Shown here: positions 35,739-45,791 of the stretch, one piece after another
Layout of the letters: each line of letters begins with the position of its first letter
How positions within the stretch are numbered: position 1 is the first letter of the stretch
Assembly: GCA_033977065.1 (NCBI GenBank)
Contig: JAXCHI010000003.1
Span: forward strand, 320,001 to 384,000
Reading direction: 5' to 3'
Length of the DNA: 64,000 bases
DNA from: Candidatus Algichlamydia australiensis
GTDB taxonomy: Bacteria > Chlamydiota > Chlamydiia > Chlamydiales > JAJFMI01
Translations under genes and position numbers: made by a program
Notes under the pieces: generated by a model
Databases searched by the model: none
Told to the model about the DNA's origin: nothing
Seen by the model: only the letters and a program-made list of their open reading frames with translations

Positions 35739-36839
35739 TTAAAATAAATCGCCATCCATTGCGGAGTAAATATTTTTTACTCCCGCGTCTTTCATCTCTT
35801 GCAACAATTGCAAGCGTGAATATTTTTCTGGAACATTCCCATTTTGCTGGTGAATTAAAACGATCTGCTTCACTCCCGACTCTTTTTGGACGCGCGCTAA
35901 ATCTTCAGGAAACATGTGGTAAGAGCGTATTTTAAAAATTTTCTCCTCTTCATCTCCATTTCCCCAAGGAAGATATTTTATATTTTTAAATGTGCACCCT
36001 TCTATCACAAGAATATCTGCATCGCGCGCTGCTTCAACAAGCCCTTTAGAGTAGTGGCCATCTCCCCCAAATGCAATTACACGATTGTCAGGCTTCGTCG
36101 TAAACCGGTAAGCATAAGTATACTCCAAAGCGCCATGCGCACGTAATGTTCGGATTGCCTCCACTTTTACATTCTTATCTTCAAAAACAGGCCCAGGGAA
36201 TTCCACAGCTGGATCGATATCAACTCCTACCCCAATAGATCCTCCTGGATCAGCGCGAATCGCACCCTGAAACATCTCGTTTCGATCTACCTTCCACGCG
36301 CGGTTGATGTTGGCAACCATCTCGCCTATTCCCTTTGGACCAAAGATTTTTTTATCTACACTAGGACCATACTTATACGTGTTTAAAATGAAAGCAGGAA
36401 GACCCTCTGTGTGATCAATGTGAAGGTGTGTAATGAACATATACTCCAAATTTTGCAAAGTAAAGACTTCGTTCAAATCAATTCCCGACTGCGAAATTGC
36501 CGCTTTTGAAAGACCACGCCACCACGCTTCACCACAATCGACAAAATAGGGAAACCCGTTCACAATCAAAGCACTCGATGGACCATAACGGTAGGGATTT
36601 GGGGCTGGCATCCCCGTTCCTAAAGTGATCAGCTTCGAAGATTTATCCGAAGGAGAGCGATCGATCGGTCCGCGATTATAAAAAATGGGCCAACACTCTG
36701 GTGGATTCAACAACCCGATTTTTTTTTGCGGATAGAAAGGGTCGTTTAAAAAATTTCTTTTTGTCGTTGCGCTACCATCTGGTATAGGTTGTGACGATAG
36801 AAAACCCGTAACTAATAAAAACAAAGTTAAGTACTTCAT
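35739..36839 (-). CDS. Exported MBL-fold metallo-hydrolase (RNase Z/AtsA-like)
   Basis: LGTG, VDCGE, THLHIDH and GGDG motifs; signal peptide. Confidence 0.85.
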   Translation of the reverse strand: MKYLTLFLLVTGFLSSQPIPDGSATTKRNFLNDPFYPQKKIGLLNPPECWPIFYNRGPIDRSPSDKSSKLITLGTGMPAPNPYRYGPSSALIVNGFPYFVDCGEAWWRGLSKAAISQSGIDLNEVFTLQNLEYMFITHLHIDHTEGLPAFILNTYKYGPSVDKKIFGPKGIGEMVANINRAWKVDRNEMFQGAIRADPGGSIGVGVDIDPAVEFPGPVFEDKNVKVEAIRTLRAHGALEYTYAYRFTTKPDNRVIAFGGDGHYSKGLVEAARDADILVIEGCTFKNIKYLPWGNGDEEEKIFKIRSYHMFPEDLARVQKESGVKQIVLIHQQNGNVPEKYSRLQLLQEMKDAGVKNIYSAMDGDLF

Positions 36840-36899
36840 AATTACCTTTTTTTATTTTACAAACTGCATTAATTTGATTTATTTATCAAAAATAAGTTT

Positions 36900-39377
36900 T
36901 TAAACTTTATATGAAAACCACTCCGGCAAAATGGGTCCGCGACGAATCGAGTCGATAAGGAATCCCCAAGAACGCGTGCTCGTTTCGGAGAGATATTTTT
37001 TCCAAGAACTCATGGGATAGCCAAACAGACCGGAACGATCAACGCGCCAAAGTTCAAGCTCTTCTGTTCCAGGGTTGTAGATAAATCCTAAATAGTAGTA
37101 GGACCAATTGCTATCCGCAAAAAGAATCGCTGTAGGGGGGCCTTCAATTTTTGCGAGTTTTTTTGAAAATAGCTCGCCTCCCTCTTGCTGCTCTTGAAGA
37201 GAACGATAGAAGGGCTTGCCATCTTTAAAAGGAAGGCAGCGACGTATCACGCTATCGAGAGGATCAAAAATTTGTGTCCCAAACATTTTCCCAATCTCTC
37301 TTCTAAAGCCAGGTATTGTGCGTTTGACTTTTGTTAAACTTTTAGGAGGGAGATTAGGCACCTCTTCCTGAACAAGGAGATCGAGGAGAATTTGTTGCTC
37401 TTCCCATTTGAGATCACAAGCATAGAAAGATTTCGCTTTTCCCACAATCTCATCACGCACCCACGTGTAAGTAAAGCGTTCAGATAGCCACCCTTTTTGG
37501 AAAGGCTTGAGTCCGGGTCGCAGAGTAAAAGCGTGTGTGGGAGAAAAAGCAAGAAGACCAAGCTTAGGGTCGTGAGCAAATTTTTCAAGCGTTTTCCACG
37601 AGAGGCCTTTCAACGTATCGAGGTAAAAAATGAGCAAGTCTGTGGGGTTCTGAATAGGCCGCGACTCTTCTCTGGGTTTGCTCTCTAGACCAAAGTAACA
37701 TTGGATCAAGTTTTGCATCGTACCACCTGAGATATAGCTCCAAGGTGTGAGCGAATGGCCTTTTTCTCCCACACCACCTGCTCGCACCTTTTTATGCAAA
37801 CCTTCAACACGCTTCATCGCCCCGTGTAAAAATTTTTCAGAGTGCAATTCTGCTGTAATACGCCCTGTTAGTTCTGTAATAAAGTTTTGGCTTTTTTCTC
37901 CTTCAAATTCCCCGCGCATTTCAGACTCCACGCGCAAGAAAAAATCGCGCAAACTGCTTTTGTACTCCTCTGCGTCATGAATAAATGTCCACGTATTCGG
38001 ATCCGCTCTGCCGTGTTTATAAACAAGGCGAAAGCCTGCGGGACTATCTTCAAATTGGTGGCTGCGAAACTCTCCCATCTCAGGATCATAAACTTCTTGG
38101 AACTCCTCCTCCAACCTACCGGAGTAATTGTCGATTAAGACGGGAAAAAGTTTGGAGAGGTGCTCAGCTTCGCGTTGATGGCGATCGCGCATCTCTTGCA
38201 AGCTGTAAAACTCTCCCATATAAGAAGAAAGCTGGGCTTTACGCTGTTGCATGCGCTGCATAGAGTCTGCCTGTTTGAGCATCGACTCCCCCATCCGAAC
38301 GCGATCATAGGCACGCTCATAATCTCCCTGAATCTCGTGCAACTTTTTATTTGACTCTTCCAGTTTCGATTCAATCTCTGAAACCATTAATTCCCCAAGG
38401 CCTCCCTTCTCCTTCGGGTCAAAACCGCAAGAGGCAGAGAGATTCCATTTGTGAAATCCAATTTTATAATCAGCAAAAGAGGCAATGGTATACTCCCAAG
38501 CTTTCAAGAAAGCGTGGTGTGTAAAGGAACGAAACGCTGAGAGAACTGCGCGGCGTTTCGCAGAAAAATCGGCCGCTTTTGGATTTAGCATGTTTTTTAG
38601 CATGAGCTCAATCAATTCAAGCGCTGTTTTCGCGCGATAGTACGCATCATAAAAAGGTAGTTTTTCAATACCAATCCGAGAAAAGGCAGCGCGCAAAGCA
38701 GGAGAATCAAAAGTAGCTAAGTCGACACGAATGGGTCGCAAAAGATCGCCCAAACCAACACTTGGCGAAATAGGAACACTACTCTCTTGTCCCCCCATCA
38801 CACGAATCAATTTTTGTGTACCCGCAAGCTCAATCATATCAATCAGAAGCTGTAGCGGCTGCTCTTTTTGAATCAAAATAGCGGGAGCTGTGGCAAAACA
38901 GGAGCCAATGCTCTGACGCAAGGGAGTCAGAAGAGCAGAGACAATTGTCAAAATAAGTTGACGCTTTGAGGGATACTTCTCTTCAAAAATTTGCAATGAT
39001 TCTCGAATGAGATCAGCTACGTAAGAGCCTTGAAAAGAGACCATTTTAAGCTGTTTTCTCCCCTCCCCCTCTAGAAACTTTAATATAGAGAGAAAGTGCT
39101 CCTGCGCCTCCCCATCAATGTGCTGATCGAGGTAAGGACCGTAAAGATTTTCTTCTAAAGACCGGCGGAGTGCGGCGATCCGCTTTTTTTCAATTTCTCC
39201 CCCCTCCCCAACTAAGTAGCCGGCTATCCGCCTTGCACGACGATGCGCCCGAAAGATATGAGGATCGGCCATTTTGGAGTGGCTCACCAACTCCGAAAGC
39301 CGCCACTCCCCTTTCAAGTCGACAATTTCCCAATAAAGCGGGAGCGTCGCCGCTTCAATTTTTTTCATTACATCCAT
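36900..39377 (-). CDS. Conserved chlamydial hypothetical protein with a papain-like QxxGSC motif
   Basis: 825 aa; LRQSIGSCFATAPAILIQ, PWSYISGGT, SPTHAF and FADSNW motifs. Confidence 0.8.
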   Translation of the reverse strand: MDVMKKIEAATLPLYWEIVDLKGEWRLSELVSHSKMADPHIFRAHRRARRIAGYLVGEGGEIEKKRIAALRRSLEENLYGPYLDQHIDGEAQEHFLSILKFLEGEGRKQLKMVSFQGSYVADLIRESLQIFEEKYPSKRQLILTIVSALLTPLRQSIGSCFATAPAILIQKEQPLQLLIDMIELAGTQKLIRVMGGQESSVPISPSVGLGDLLRPIRVDLATFDSPALRAAFSRIGIEKLPFYDAYYRAKTALELIELMLKNMLNPKAADFSAKRRAVLSAFRSFTHHAFLKAWEYTIASFADYKIGFHKWNLSASCGFDPKEKGGLGELMVSEIESKLEESNKKLHEIQGDYERAYDRVRMGESMLKQADSMQRMQQRKAQLSSYMGEFYSLQEMRDRHQREAEHLSKLFPVLIDNYSGRLEEEFQEVYDPEMGEFRSHQFEDSPAGFRLVYKHGRADPNTWTFIHDAEEYKSSLRDFFLRVESEMRGEFEGEKSQNFITELTGRITAELHSEKFLHGAMKRVEGLHKKVRAGGVGEKGHSLTPWSYISGGTMQNLIQCYFGLESKPREESRPIQNPTDLLIFYLDTLKGLSWKTLEKFAHDPKLGLLAFSPTHAFTLRPGLKPFQKGWLSERFTYTWVRDEIVGKAKSFYACDLKWEEQQILLDLLVQEEVPNLPPKSLTKVKRTIPGFRREIGKMFGTQIFDPLDSVIRRCLPFKDGKPFYRSLQEQQEGGELFSKKLAKIEGPPTAILFADSNWSYYYLGFIYNPGTEELELWRVDRSGLFGYPMSSWKKYLSETSTRSWGFLIDSIRRGPILPEWFSYKV

Positions 39378-39446
39378 CTAGCCCCCGTAATACTACAAAA
39401 TTATCAAGAATAAGAGTATAATTCACAGAAAAGGAAGAATAACCCA

Positions 39447-41369
39447 ATGTTTATCCAACACAAAGACGCTAAAATTGAACTCCCCGATGAGAGCTCCGGT
39501 CGAGACCTAGCTGAAAAATTGAACCTTCGTGAACCTCACCAAGCTCTAGCTGCAGTTGTCAACGGAACCACAAAAGATCTTGACTCTCCCCTCTCTAATG
39601 GAGATGAAGTCTGCTTTCTAGATTTTTGCGACAAAGCAGGTAAAGAAGTTTTTTGGCACACCTCTGCTCACGTCTTGGCACAAGCAGTCCTACGCCTCTA
39701 TCCCAAAGCAATACCAACCATTGGTCCCCCGATTGCCAATGGTTTTTACTACGACTTTGCCAACCTTGTCATCTCTGACGAAGACTTTGCCAAAATCGAA
39801 GCAGAAGTGCAGAAGATTATAAAAGAAAATCTTCGACCACAAAGAGAAGTTTTGAAGAGCAAAGAAGAAGCGCTATCTGAAAATAAAGATAACGCTTACA
39901 AGTGTGAATTGATTAAAGAATTCCCTGAGGATGGAGAGATTTCGCAATACCGCCAAGGGGAATTTGTCGACCTCTGTCGTGGTCCCCATCTTCCTTCGCT
40001 CGGAAAAATCAAAGCATTCAAAATCATGAAAACCTCTGGTGCCTATTGGCGCGGTAGCTCCGATCGCGAGATGCTTACTCGTATTTACGCTATCTCCTTT
40101 CCTAGCCGCAAAGAGCTGAAAGATTATCTCTTCATGCTAGAGGAAGCGAAAAAGCGCGATCACAAAATGCTAGGAACCAAGCTTGGTCTCTTCTCTCTAA
40201 ATGAAGTAGCAGCAGGAATGCCCTTTATTCATCCAAGTGGAATGCGGGTTTGGGACGCGCTTTTGAAATTCTGGCAAGATTTACACACAAAAGCAGGCTA
40301 CCAGATGATCAAAACCCCGCAAATGATGAGCAAAGAGCTTTGGGAGCTTTCCGGTCACTGGGAACACTATCATGAGAACATGTACCTCTCAGAAATCGAA
40401 GGACGTGAGTTTGCTATCAAACCGATGAATTGTCCTGGCTGTATGCTTTATTATAAAACAGAGACGCATAGTTATCGCGAACTCCCTTTGCGAGTTGGTG
40501 AAATCGGACACGTGCATCGCAATGAGTTTTCTGGAGCGATCAACGGGCTTTTCCGCGTTCGCGCCTTCCACCAAGATGATGCTCATATTTTCATGCGTCC
40601 CGATATGATCCAAAATGAAATTTTAGAAGTGATCCGCCTTGCCGATCAGATTTACAGCGCGTTTGGATTAAAATACCGGTTAGAACTCTCTACAAGACCA
40701 GAGAGCAGTATCGGTACAGATGCAGAGTGGGAAAGCGCAACAAAAGGTTTACAAGGCGCGCTTGATGAGTGGGGAGCTGCCTATCAAATCAACGAAGGTG
40801 ACGGCGCCTTTTACGGTCCAAAAATTGACTTTCACATTGAAGACGCTCTTGGACGCTCTTGGCAGTGTGGTACCATTCAACTCGACATGAGCTTGCCAGA
40901 AAAATTTGAACTTGAATATATGGATTCTGATGGCGAACATAAGCGTCCTGTGATGATCCACAGAGCTCTTTACGGCTCTATCGAACGCTTCTTTGGGATT
41001 TTAATCGAACACTATGGTGGAAGGTTTCCTCTTTGGTTGAGCCCAAGACAGGTGCGCCTCATTACCGTAGCTGATCGCCATGCAGAATACGCATGTAAAG
41101 CCGCTTTACATTTGCGCAAAAAAGGATTTCATGTCGAAGTAGACTCCACAAGTGAGTCTGTAAATAAAAAGGTGCGCAACGCACAACTCATGCAAGTAAA
41201 TTATATGCTCACCGTTGGAGACCAAGAAGAGGAGAACGGCACCGTGAATGTCCGCACGCGCACAGGAGCGAGACTTGAGCCCATGAGCGTAGAAACCTTT
41301 GCAGAAGAAATCGAAAAAGAGTTCAATGAGCGTATGCAAGAGAGTATTTTTTCAGGAGCAGCCGTGTGA
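39447..41369 (+). CDS. thrS: Threonine--tRNA ligase
   Basis: TGS domain; HTSAHVLAQA, DLCRGPH, KPMNCP and GAFYGPKID motifs. Confidence 0.99.
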   Translation: MFIQHKDAKIELPDESSGRDLAEKLNLREPHQALAAVVNGTTKDLDSPLSNGDEVCFLDFCDKAGKEVFWHTSAHVLAQAVLRLYPKAIPTIGPPIANGFYYDFANLVISDEDFAKIEAEVQKIIKENLRPQREVLKSKEEALSENKDNAYKCELIKEFPEDGEISQYRQGEFVDLCRGPHLPSLGKIKAFKIMKTSGAYWRGSSDREMLTRIYAISFPSRKELKDYLFMLEEAKKRDHKMLGTKLGLFSLNEVAAGMPFIHPSGMRVWDALLKFWQDLHTKAGYQMIKTPQMMSKELWELSGHWEHYHENMYLSEIEGREFAIKPMNCPGCMLYYKTETHSYRELPLRVGEIGHVHRNEFSGAINGLFRVRAFHQDDAHIFMRPDMIQNEILEVIRLADQIYSAFGLKYRLELSTRPESSIGTDAEWESATKGLQGALDEWGAAYQINEGDGAFYGPKIDFHIEDALGRSWQCGTIQLDMSLPEKFELEYMDSDGEHKRPVMIHRALYGSIERFFGILIEHYGGRFPLWLSPRQVRLITVADRHAEYACKAALHLRKKGFHVEVDSTSESVNKKVRNAQLMQVNYMLTVGDQEEENGTVNVRTRTGARLEPMSVETFAEEIEKEFNERMQESIFSGAAV

Positions 41370-42118
41370 AGACGATCACAATTAGCAGCTTTAAAGGCGG
41401 AACAGCTAAAACATCAAATAGTTTACACCTCGCCTCTGCGCTTGTAAAATTTCATAGAAAAAAAGTTCTTTTAATCGACTTCGATTCACAAGCAAATCTC
41501 ACTGCAGGTCTCGGTTTTAACCCCGATCAACACGACAGCCTGGCACCTGTTTTACAAGGTGAGAAAAAGCTCGCATCTGTCATCCAAAAAACCTCCATAA
41601 AAAACCTGGATCTCATCCCAGCAGACAGCTTCTTAGAACGAATTGAGGTAACCGGTAGCTTAGCTGGAGATCGCTACTCACATGAGCGTCTAAAGAAGAT
41701 TTTGCAAGATGCTAAATACGATTACGTCATCATCGACACTCCCCCATCGCTCTGTTGGTTAACAGAGTCTGCCATGATCGCAGCAGATGAATGTGTTCTT
41801 GCCGCAACCCCTGAATTTTACAGTGTAAAAGGATTAGAGAGATTAAAGCTCTTTATGGAGCAAATCAACAAAAGACATCCGTTCACAGTTTCAGGAATCG
41901 TTCTCTCTTTTTGGAATGAACGTGGCAAGAGCAACAAAGCCTTTCTCGAGCTTATTGAGACCATTTTTCCAGGAAAAGTTTTCAAAACAAACATACGACG
42001 CGATATAAGCGTTTCTGATGCATCAATTCAAGGTAAGCCTATCTTTGATACCGCTCCTGACTCACGAGCCGCTTCTGACTATAGAAAATTAACCAAAGAG
42101 CTGTTAAAACGAATCTAA
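41366..42118 (+). CDS. parA: ParA/MinD-family ATPase (chromosomal pGP5-like)
   Basis: FKGGTAKT, IDFDSQANLT and IIDTPPS motifs; GTGA overlap with thrS. Confidence 0.92.
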   Translation: MKTITISSFKGGTAKTSNSLHLASALVKFHRKKVLLIDFDSQANLTAGLGFNPDQHDSLAPVLQGEKKLASVIQKTSIKNLDLIPADSFLERIEVTGSLAGDRYSHERLKKILQDAKYDYVIIDTPPSLCWLTESAMIAADECVLAATPEFYSVKGLERLKLFMEQINKRHPFTVSGIVLSFWNERGKSNKAFLELIETIFPGKVFKTNIRRDISVSDASIQGKPIFDTAPDSRAASDYRKLTKELLKRI

Positions 42119-42130
42119 ATTAGGTTCATT

Positions 42131-42874
42131 ATGGCAAAAGTTTCCCAGCTTCTCTCTAAACGTTTTGAAAGCGATAGTTCAAAACTTACAAAAATGAAAA
42201 AAGTCGCCACGCGTGGTGCACAAGGCAACCTCTCAGGCTTTTCTGGCGTCTTTAAGGTGCAACCTTTAAGCGAGCAGGAAAAAGAGTCCATTGAAACGAT
42301 TCTTTTGCACTACAGCACAAAAAAAAGCACAAACGAAAAAGACTTAACTACACTTTCAACACTTACCTCAGAACTCAAAGCAATTAACAACCAAGCAATC
42401 ATCTTACATGGTGAAAGAATACAGCAAGCGCAACGCATTTTAAAACGATACAAAAATGGTGCTTTTACAGCATGGCTCATGATGACCTACGGCAACCGCC
42501 AAACTCCATATAACTTTCTTCAGTATTTTGAGTTTTACCAAACCCTATCAAAAGATCTTCGTGAGAAATTAGACAGTATGCCTAAGCAAGCTGTCTATAC
42601 TTTAGCAAGCCGCGATGGAGAGAATTCCCACAAAGAAAAAATTGTGAAAAACTATAACGGGGAACCCAAACATATCCTCATAGAAGAGATTCGCAAACTA
42701 TTCCCACTTACAAAACGTGACAAACGGAAGAGCAAGCTACCCAAAAACACAATTACCGTTCTAAAAAAGCTACTTGATCGAATTAAAGCAGGTGAATTTG
42801 CGCCATCACAAAACGAGCGCAACGAACTCAACCTTCTTCTTACTCAACTCATGAATTTGACAAACAATATGTAA
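42131..42874 (+). CDS. pGP6-D family protein (CT583-like)
   Basis: INNQAIILHGERI, YGNRQTPYNFLQY and AVYTLASRDG motifs; downstream of parA. Confidence 0.92.
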   Translation: MAKVSQLLSKRFESDSSKLTKMKKVATRGAQGNLSGFSGVFKVQPLSEQEKESIETILLHYSTKKSTNEKDLTTLSTLTSELKAINNQAIILHGERIQQAQRILKRYKNGAFTAWLMMTYGNRQTPYNFLQYFEFYQTLSKDLREKLDSMPKQAVYTLASRDGENSHKEKIVKNYNGEPKHILIEEIRKLFPLTKRDKRKSKLPKNTITVLKKLLDRIKAGEFAPSQNERNELNLLLTQLMNLTNNM

Positions 42875-43691
42875 AGCTATTTGACATTGCAACATCAATC
42901 GCCCTCTTTGTTTCATCAGAAGGCTCAACCAAGGGAAGTCTTAATCGTGAATTGCACAAACCAAGCTTGCTCATTGCATATTTAATACACTGCGGGTTTG
43001 TCTCTAAAGAGAGAGCGTTCAAAAGATCTTTAAAAGCCTCTGCTGACTCATTACCTGAGACGACCTCTTTCCACTCTTTTGGGTACAGGTTTGCAATTAC
43101 AGAAACAAGGCCTTTTCCACCTGACTGCATAACACCAGAGGCTGCACCTGGATCATCGGCAAAGTAATTTGTTTTTAACGTGCGCGCCCACTCAAGATTA
43201 ACTGTTGCATCCTTAATAGCAACAACATTTGGAATTTGCAAAACTGCCTTAATACACTCTTTTGAGAGAGTCAATCCTGTACGCGCAGGATTATAGTAAA
43301 ACATAATAGGCAGGTCTACTTTTGCAACTGCATTCATGTGAGAAACCACACCGTTTTCAGAAGGTTTTACATAGTAAGGGGTGATTACAAGCAGGGCATC
43401 TGCTCCAAGCGTCTTTGCTCGTTTTGCATTCAGCAAACTTTGTGTTGTTGCAGCTACACCAACGTTGACAATCACAGGAACTCTTCCCGCAACCTCTTCA
43501 ACAACTGTTGCCACAATATCTTCTCTCTCTGCATCTGTTAACAGCAGATGTTCGCCTGTAGTGCCAAGCGCAACAATTGCGCTCGTTCCACTCTCCACCT
43601 GAAACCGCACAAGAGCGCGCAAAGTTTCGTAATCAACTTCTAAATTTTCTTTGTAAGGGGTGACAAGAGCCACAATAGAGCCATAAAACAT
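42849..43691 (-). CDS. dapA: 4-hydroxy-tetrahydrodipicolinate synthase
   Basis: GSIVALVTP, GTTGE, YYNPARTG, AIKDA and ETNPQCIK motifs. Confidence 0.95.
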   Translation of the reverse strand: MFYGSIVALVTPYKENLEVDYETLRALVRFQVESGTSAIVALGTTGEHLLLTDAEREDIVATVVEEVAGRVPVIVNVGVAATTQSLLNAKRAKTLGADALLVITPYYVKPSENGVVSHMNAVAKVDLPIMFYYNPARTGLTLSKECIKAVLQIPNVVAIKDATVNLEWARTLKTNYFADDPGAASGVMQSGGKGLVSVIANLYPKEWKEVVSGNESAEAFKDLLNALSLETNPQCIKYAMSKLGLCNSRLRLPLVEPSDETKRAIDVAMSNSFTYCLSNS

Positions 43692-43704
43692 AGCCCTATT
43701 TTAG

Positions 43705-44094
43705 CTACATTGCTTTAGATAATAAACGTTCTTTTGTGCTGCGCGATTGAAAGTGGTTTTTCCAGTCGTGAACTTGTTCTAAAAAATCTTTCATTTCTGT
43801 GCGCAAGTAGGTAAACATAAGACTAGGGGACAGGGTACGTTTGTAAAAGAGATCTCCAGTAGAAGCATCCATGTAAATCTCATCTTTATTCTCTTCCCAA
43901 TTTAACTTTCCTCGGGATGATAAGCTATCAGAAATATAGCTTGGAACCACAGTCTTACCGGTGAAAATTTTCGTTACCAGCGTAAGATTTTTTTGAGCCC
44001 AGCGCACTTCAATCAGTTGGTCTTCTAAAAAAATTTTTGCGATTCTGTTTTCGTAAAGCCGACAGACAATGTCCAAAAAATCTTTGTATGTCAT
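43705..44094 (-). CDS. Hypothetical protein
   Basis: 129-aa ORF with GAG SD, co-oriented between ung and dapA. Confidence 0.65.
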   Translation of the reverse strand: MTYKDFLDIVCRLYENRIAKIFLEDQLIEVRWAQKNLTLVTKIFTGKTVVPSYISDSLSSRGKLNWEENKDEIYMDASTGDLFYKRTLSPSLMFTYLRTEMKDFLEQVHDWKNHFQSRSTKERLLSKAM

Positions 44095-44155
44095 TTTATT
44101 CTCTTTTTAATTTGTATTGGTGAGTATATTAACACAAACAAAAACAAAAAATCAA

Positions 44156-44821
44156 TTACAAAGACCAATTAATCGGCTCTTTTCCCCAATTAATTAAATG
44201 ATTATTAACTTTAGAAAATGGTTTTGATCCAAAAAATCCCGCATGAGCAGAAAGAGGGGACGGGTGAGGGGAGGAGATAATGGCGTGCTGGCTTTGGCTC
44301 ACGATTTTTTCACATTTTTCCTTTGCAGAGCGCCCCCACAAAACAAAAACAATGGGATCGGCTCTTTGACAAAGTTTTTCTATAACGCTATCTGTAAACT
44401 GTTCCCAGCCAATCCCGTAGTGCGATTTGGCCTGATGCGCCCTTACAGTCAAAGTTGCATTCAAAAGCAAAACGCCTTGCTTTGCCCAGTCCACCAAGTA
44501 TCCGTGATTTGGGGGCTTGATCCCTAGATCGCTCTCCAGTTCTTTATATATATTTTTTAAACTTGGAGGAACATCTACGCCAGGCTGCACGCTAAAGCAC
44601 AAGCCGTGGGCTTGATTGGGGCCGTGATAGGGATCTTGTCCCATTATCACAACCTTTACTTTATCGAATGGGGTATAGCCAAAAGCGCTAAAAACATCTT
44701 TTTCTTCTGGATAAACAGTCCCTTGAGCTCGCTCAACCTCAAGAAGTTTTTTTAGCTTCTGTATATAAGGTTTTTGAATCTCATCGCCTAGTTTTTCAAA
44801 CCAATTTTTCGTCAATTTCAT
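44156..44821 (-). CDS. ung: Uracil-DNA glycosylase
   Basis: GQDPYH, PPSLKN and HPSPLS motifs; ATG 44821. Confidence 0.97.
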   Translation of the reverse strand: MKLTKNWFEKLGDEIQKPYIQKLKKLLEVERAQGTVYPEEKDVFSAFGYTPFDKVKVVIMGQDPYHGPNQAHGLCFSVQPGVDVPPSLKNIYKELESDLGIKPPNHGYLVDWAKQGVLLLNATLTVRAHQAKSHYGIGWEQFTDSVIEKLCQRADPIVFVLWGRSAKEKCEKIVSQSQHAIISSPHPSPLSAHAGFFGSKPFSKVNNHLINWGKEPINWSL

Positions 44822-44910
44822 GCCACAAACATACCACACAAACAGTTTTTTACAAACTTGACATTCACGCCAGCCAAAGCTAACATATCTCTTACAAAAG
44901 GACTCAAAAT

Positions 44911-45165
44911 ATGCAAGATCTCTCAGAAAACAACCTCGTTAAATTCAAAAATGTATCAAAGAAAAAAGAGGCGATTTACGCGAACTTTAAGGTTAAGGGA
45001 ATCAAGTCTGGGGTGGTTTTCAACGCATCGATTGCAGTCGACCTCTCTGCCGCAGAAGTGCACCCCGGTGTGACTCTAGAAAAAATCATCGAGGAGTGCG
45101 CGCGCATCGGCGTAAAAGAGTTTCAAAATGCCGCTTTCCAATTTGAAGGTTTGAGTTCTATCTAA
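44911..45165 (+). CDS. Small conserved hypothetical protein
   Basis: 84 aa, AGGA SD, protein-like composition; divergent from ung and upstream of the tRNA. Confidence 0.75.
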   Translation: MQDLSENNLVKFKNVSKKKEAIYANFKVKGIKSGVVFNASIAVDLSAAEVHPGVTLEKIIEECARIGVKEFQNAAFQFEGLSSI

Positions 45166-45173
45166 AGTTTTAT

Positions 45174-45248
45174 CTGGGTGTAGCGCAGCTTGGCCAGCGC
45201 ACTAGCATGGGGTGTTAGGGGTCGGAGGTTCGAATCCTCTCACCCAGA
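45174..45248 (+). tRNA. tRNA-Pro (anticodon GGG), CCA not encoded
   Basis: Acceptor stem ctgggtg/cacccag; D-arm gcgc; anticodon arm ctagc-atggggt-gttag; T-arm ggagg-ttcgaat-cctct. Confidence 0.96.
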
Positions 45249-45284
45249 TTCGTTTTGATTAGTAGTTTTCGTTATAAAACATTC

Positions 45285-45565
45285 GTCTCCATCTCACTAC
45301 ATAGAATCGCATCCTCGGCTTAGGGGTGTACGCAGTACAACCCCGTGCGCCTGCGGTACGATTCTATTTTGCGATATGAAGCCGTGACTCCGCTTCGCGC
45401 ATCAATACATTTACATCGCGAAGCGGCCTAGCGGGTTAATATCGCAAAGCAAAATAAAATTTCTGCTGTTGTGAACAGTACTATGTACGGCGCAACAGCA
45501 GAAATTTTATTTGGCGCAGCGAGATTAAGCCGAAGGGGGGCGGGGGCTTGCCCCGACCCAAAAAA
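45285..45565. repeat. Stack of palindromic/REP-like hairpins downstream of tRNA-Pro
   Basis: atagaatcg/cgattctat (45301-45367); ccgcttcgcg/cgcgaagcgg (45390-45426); 20-bp perfect IR 45452-45471/45493-45512; ggggcttgcccc. Confidence 0.8.
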
Positions 45566-45791
45566 TTATCACTGTGGAAAATCCTGTTGATGGAGAGTTC
45601 ATAAGATTGTTCATACTCTGTCAATAACTCAGCTCTGTGCAAAACTAACGCCTTATCATCATTTTGTTGACAGCGTTTGAACAAAAGAATTGCCTATGAA
45701 ATAGGCGATGTTATGAAGATTCCCACACCCCTTAAAGAAGAAGAGTATTCTATAAATAAGAAAATGGATTCTTAATAACGATGCTTATAAC

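Noticed and set aside
41366..42874. parA plus pGP6-D as an integrated plasmid
   Set aside because: thrS-parA-pGP6-D is a standard chromosomal arrangement in chlamydiae; no replicon or integrase genes nearby.
45174..45790. Prophage or island integrated at tRNA-Pro
   Set aside because: No integrase or duplicated tRNA 3' end seen; housekeeping genes resume at 45792.
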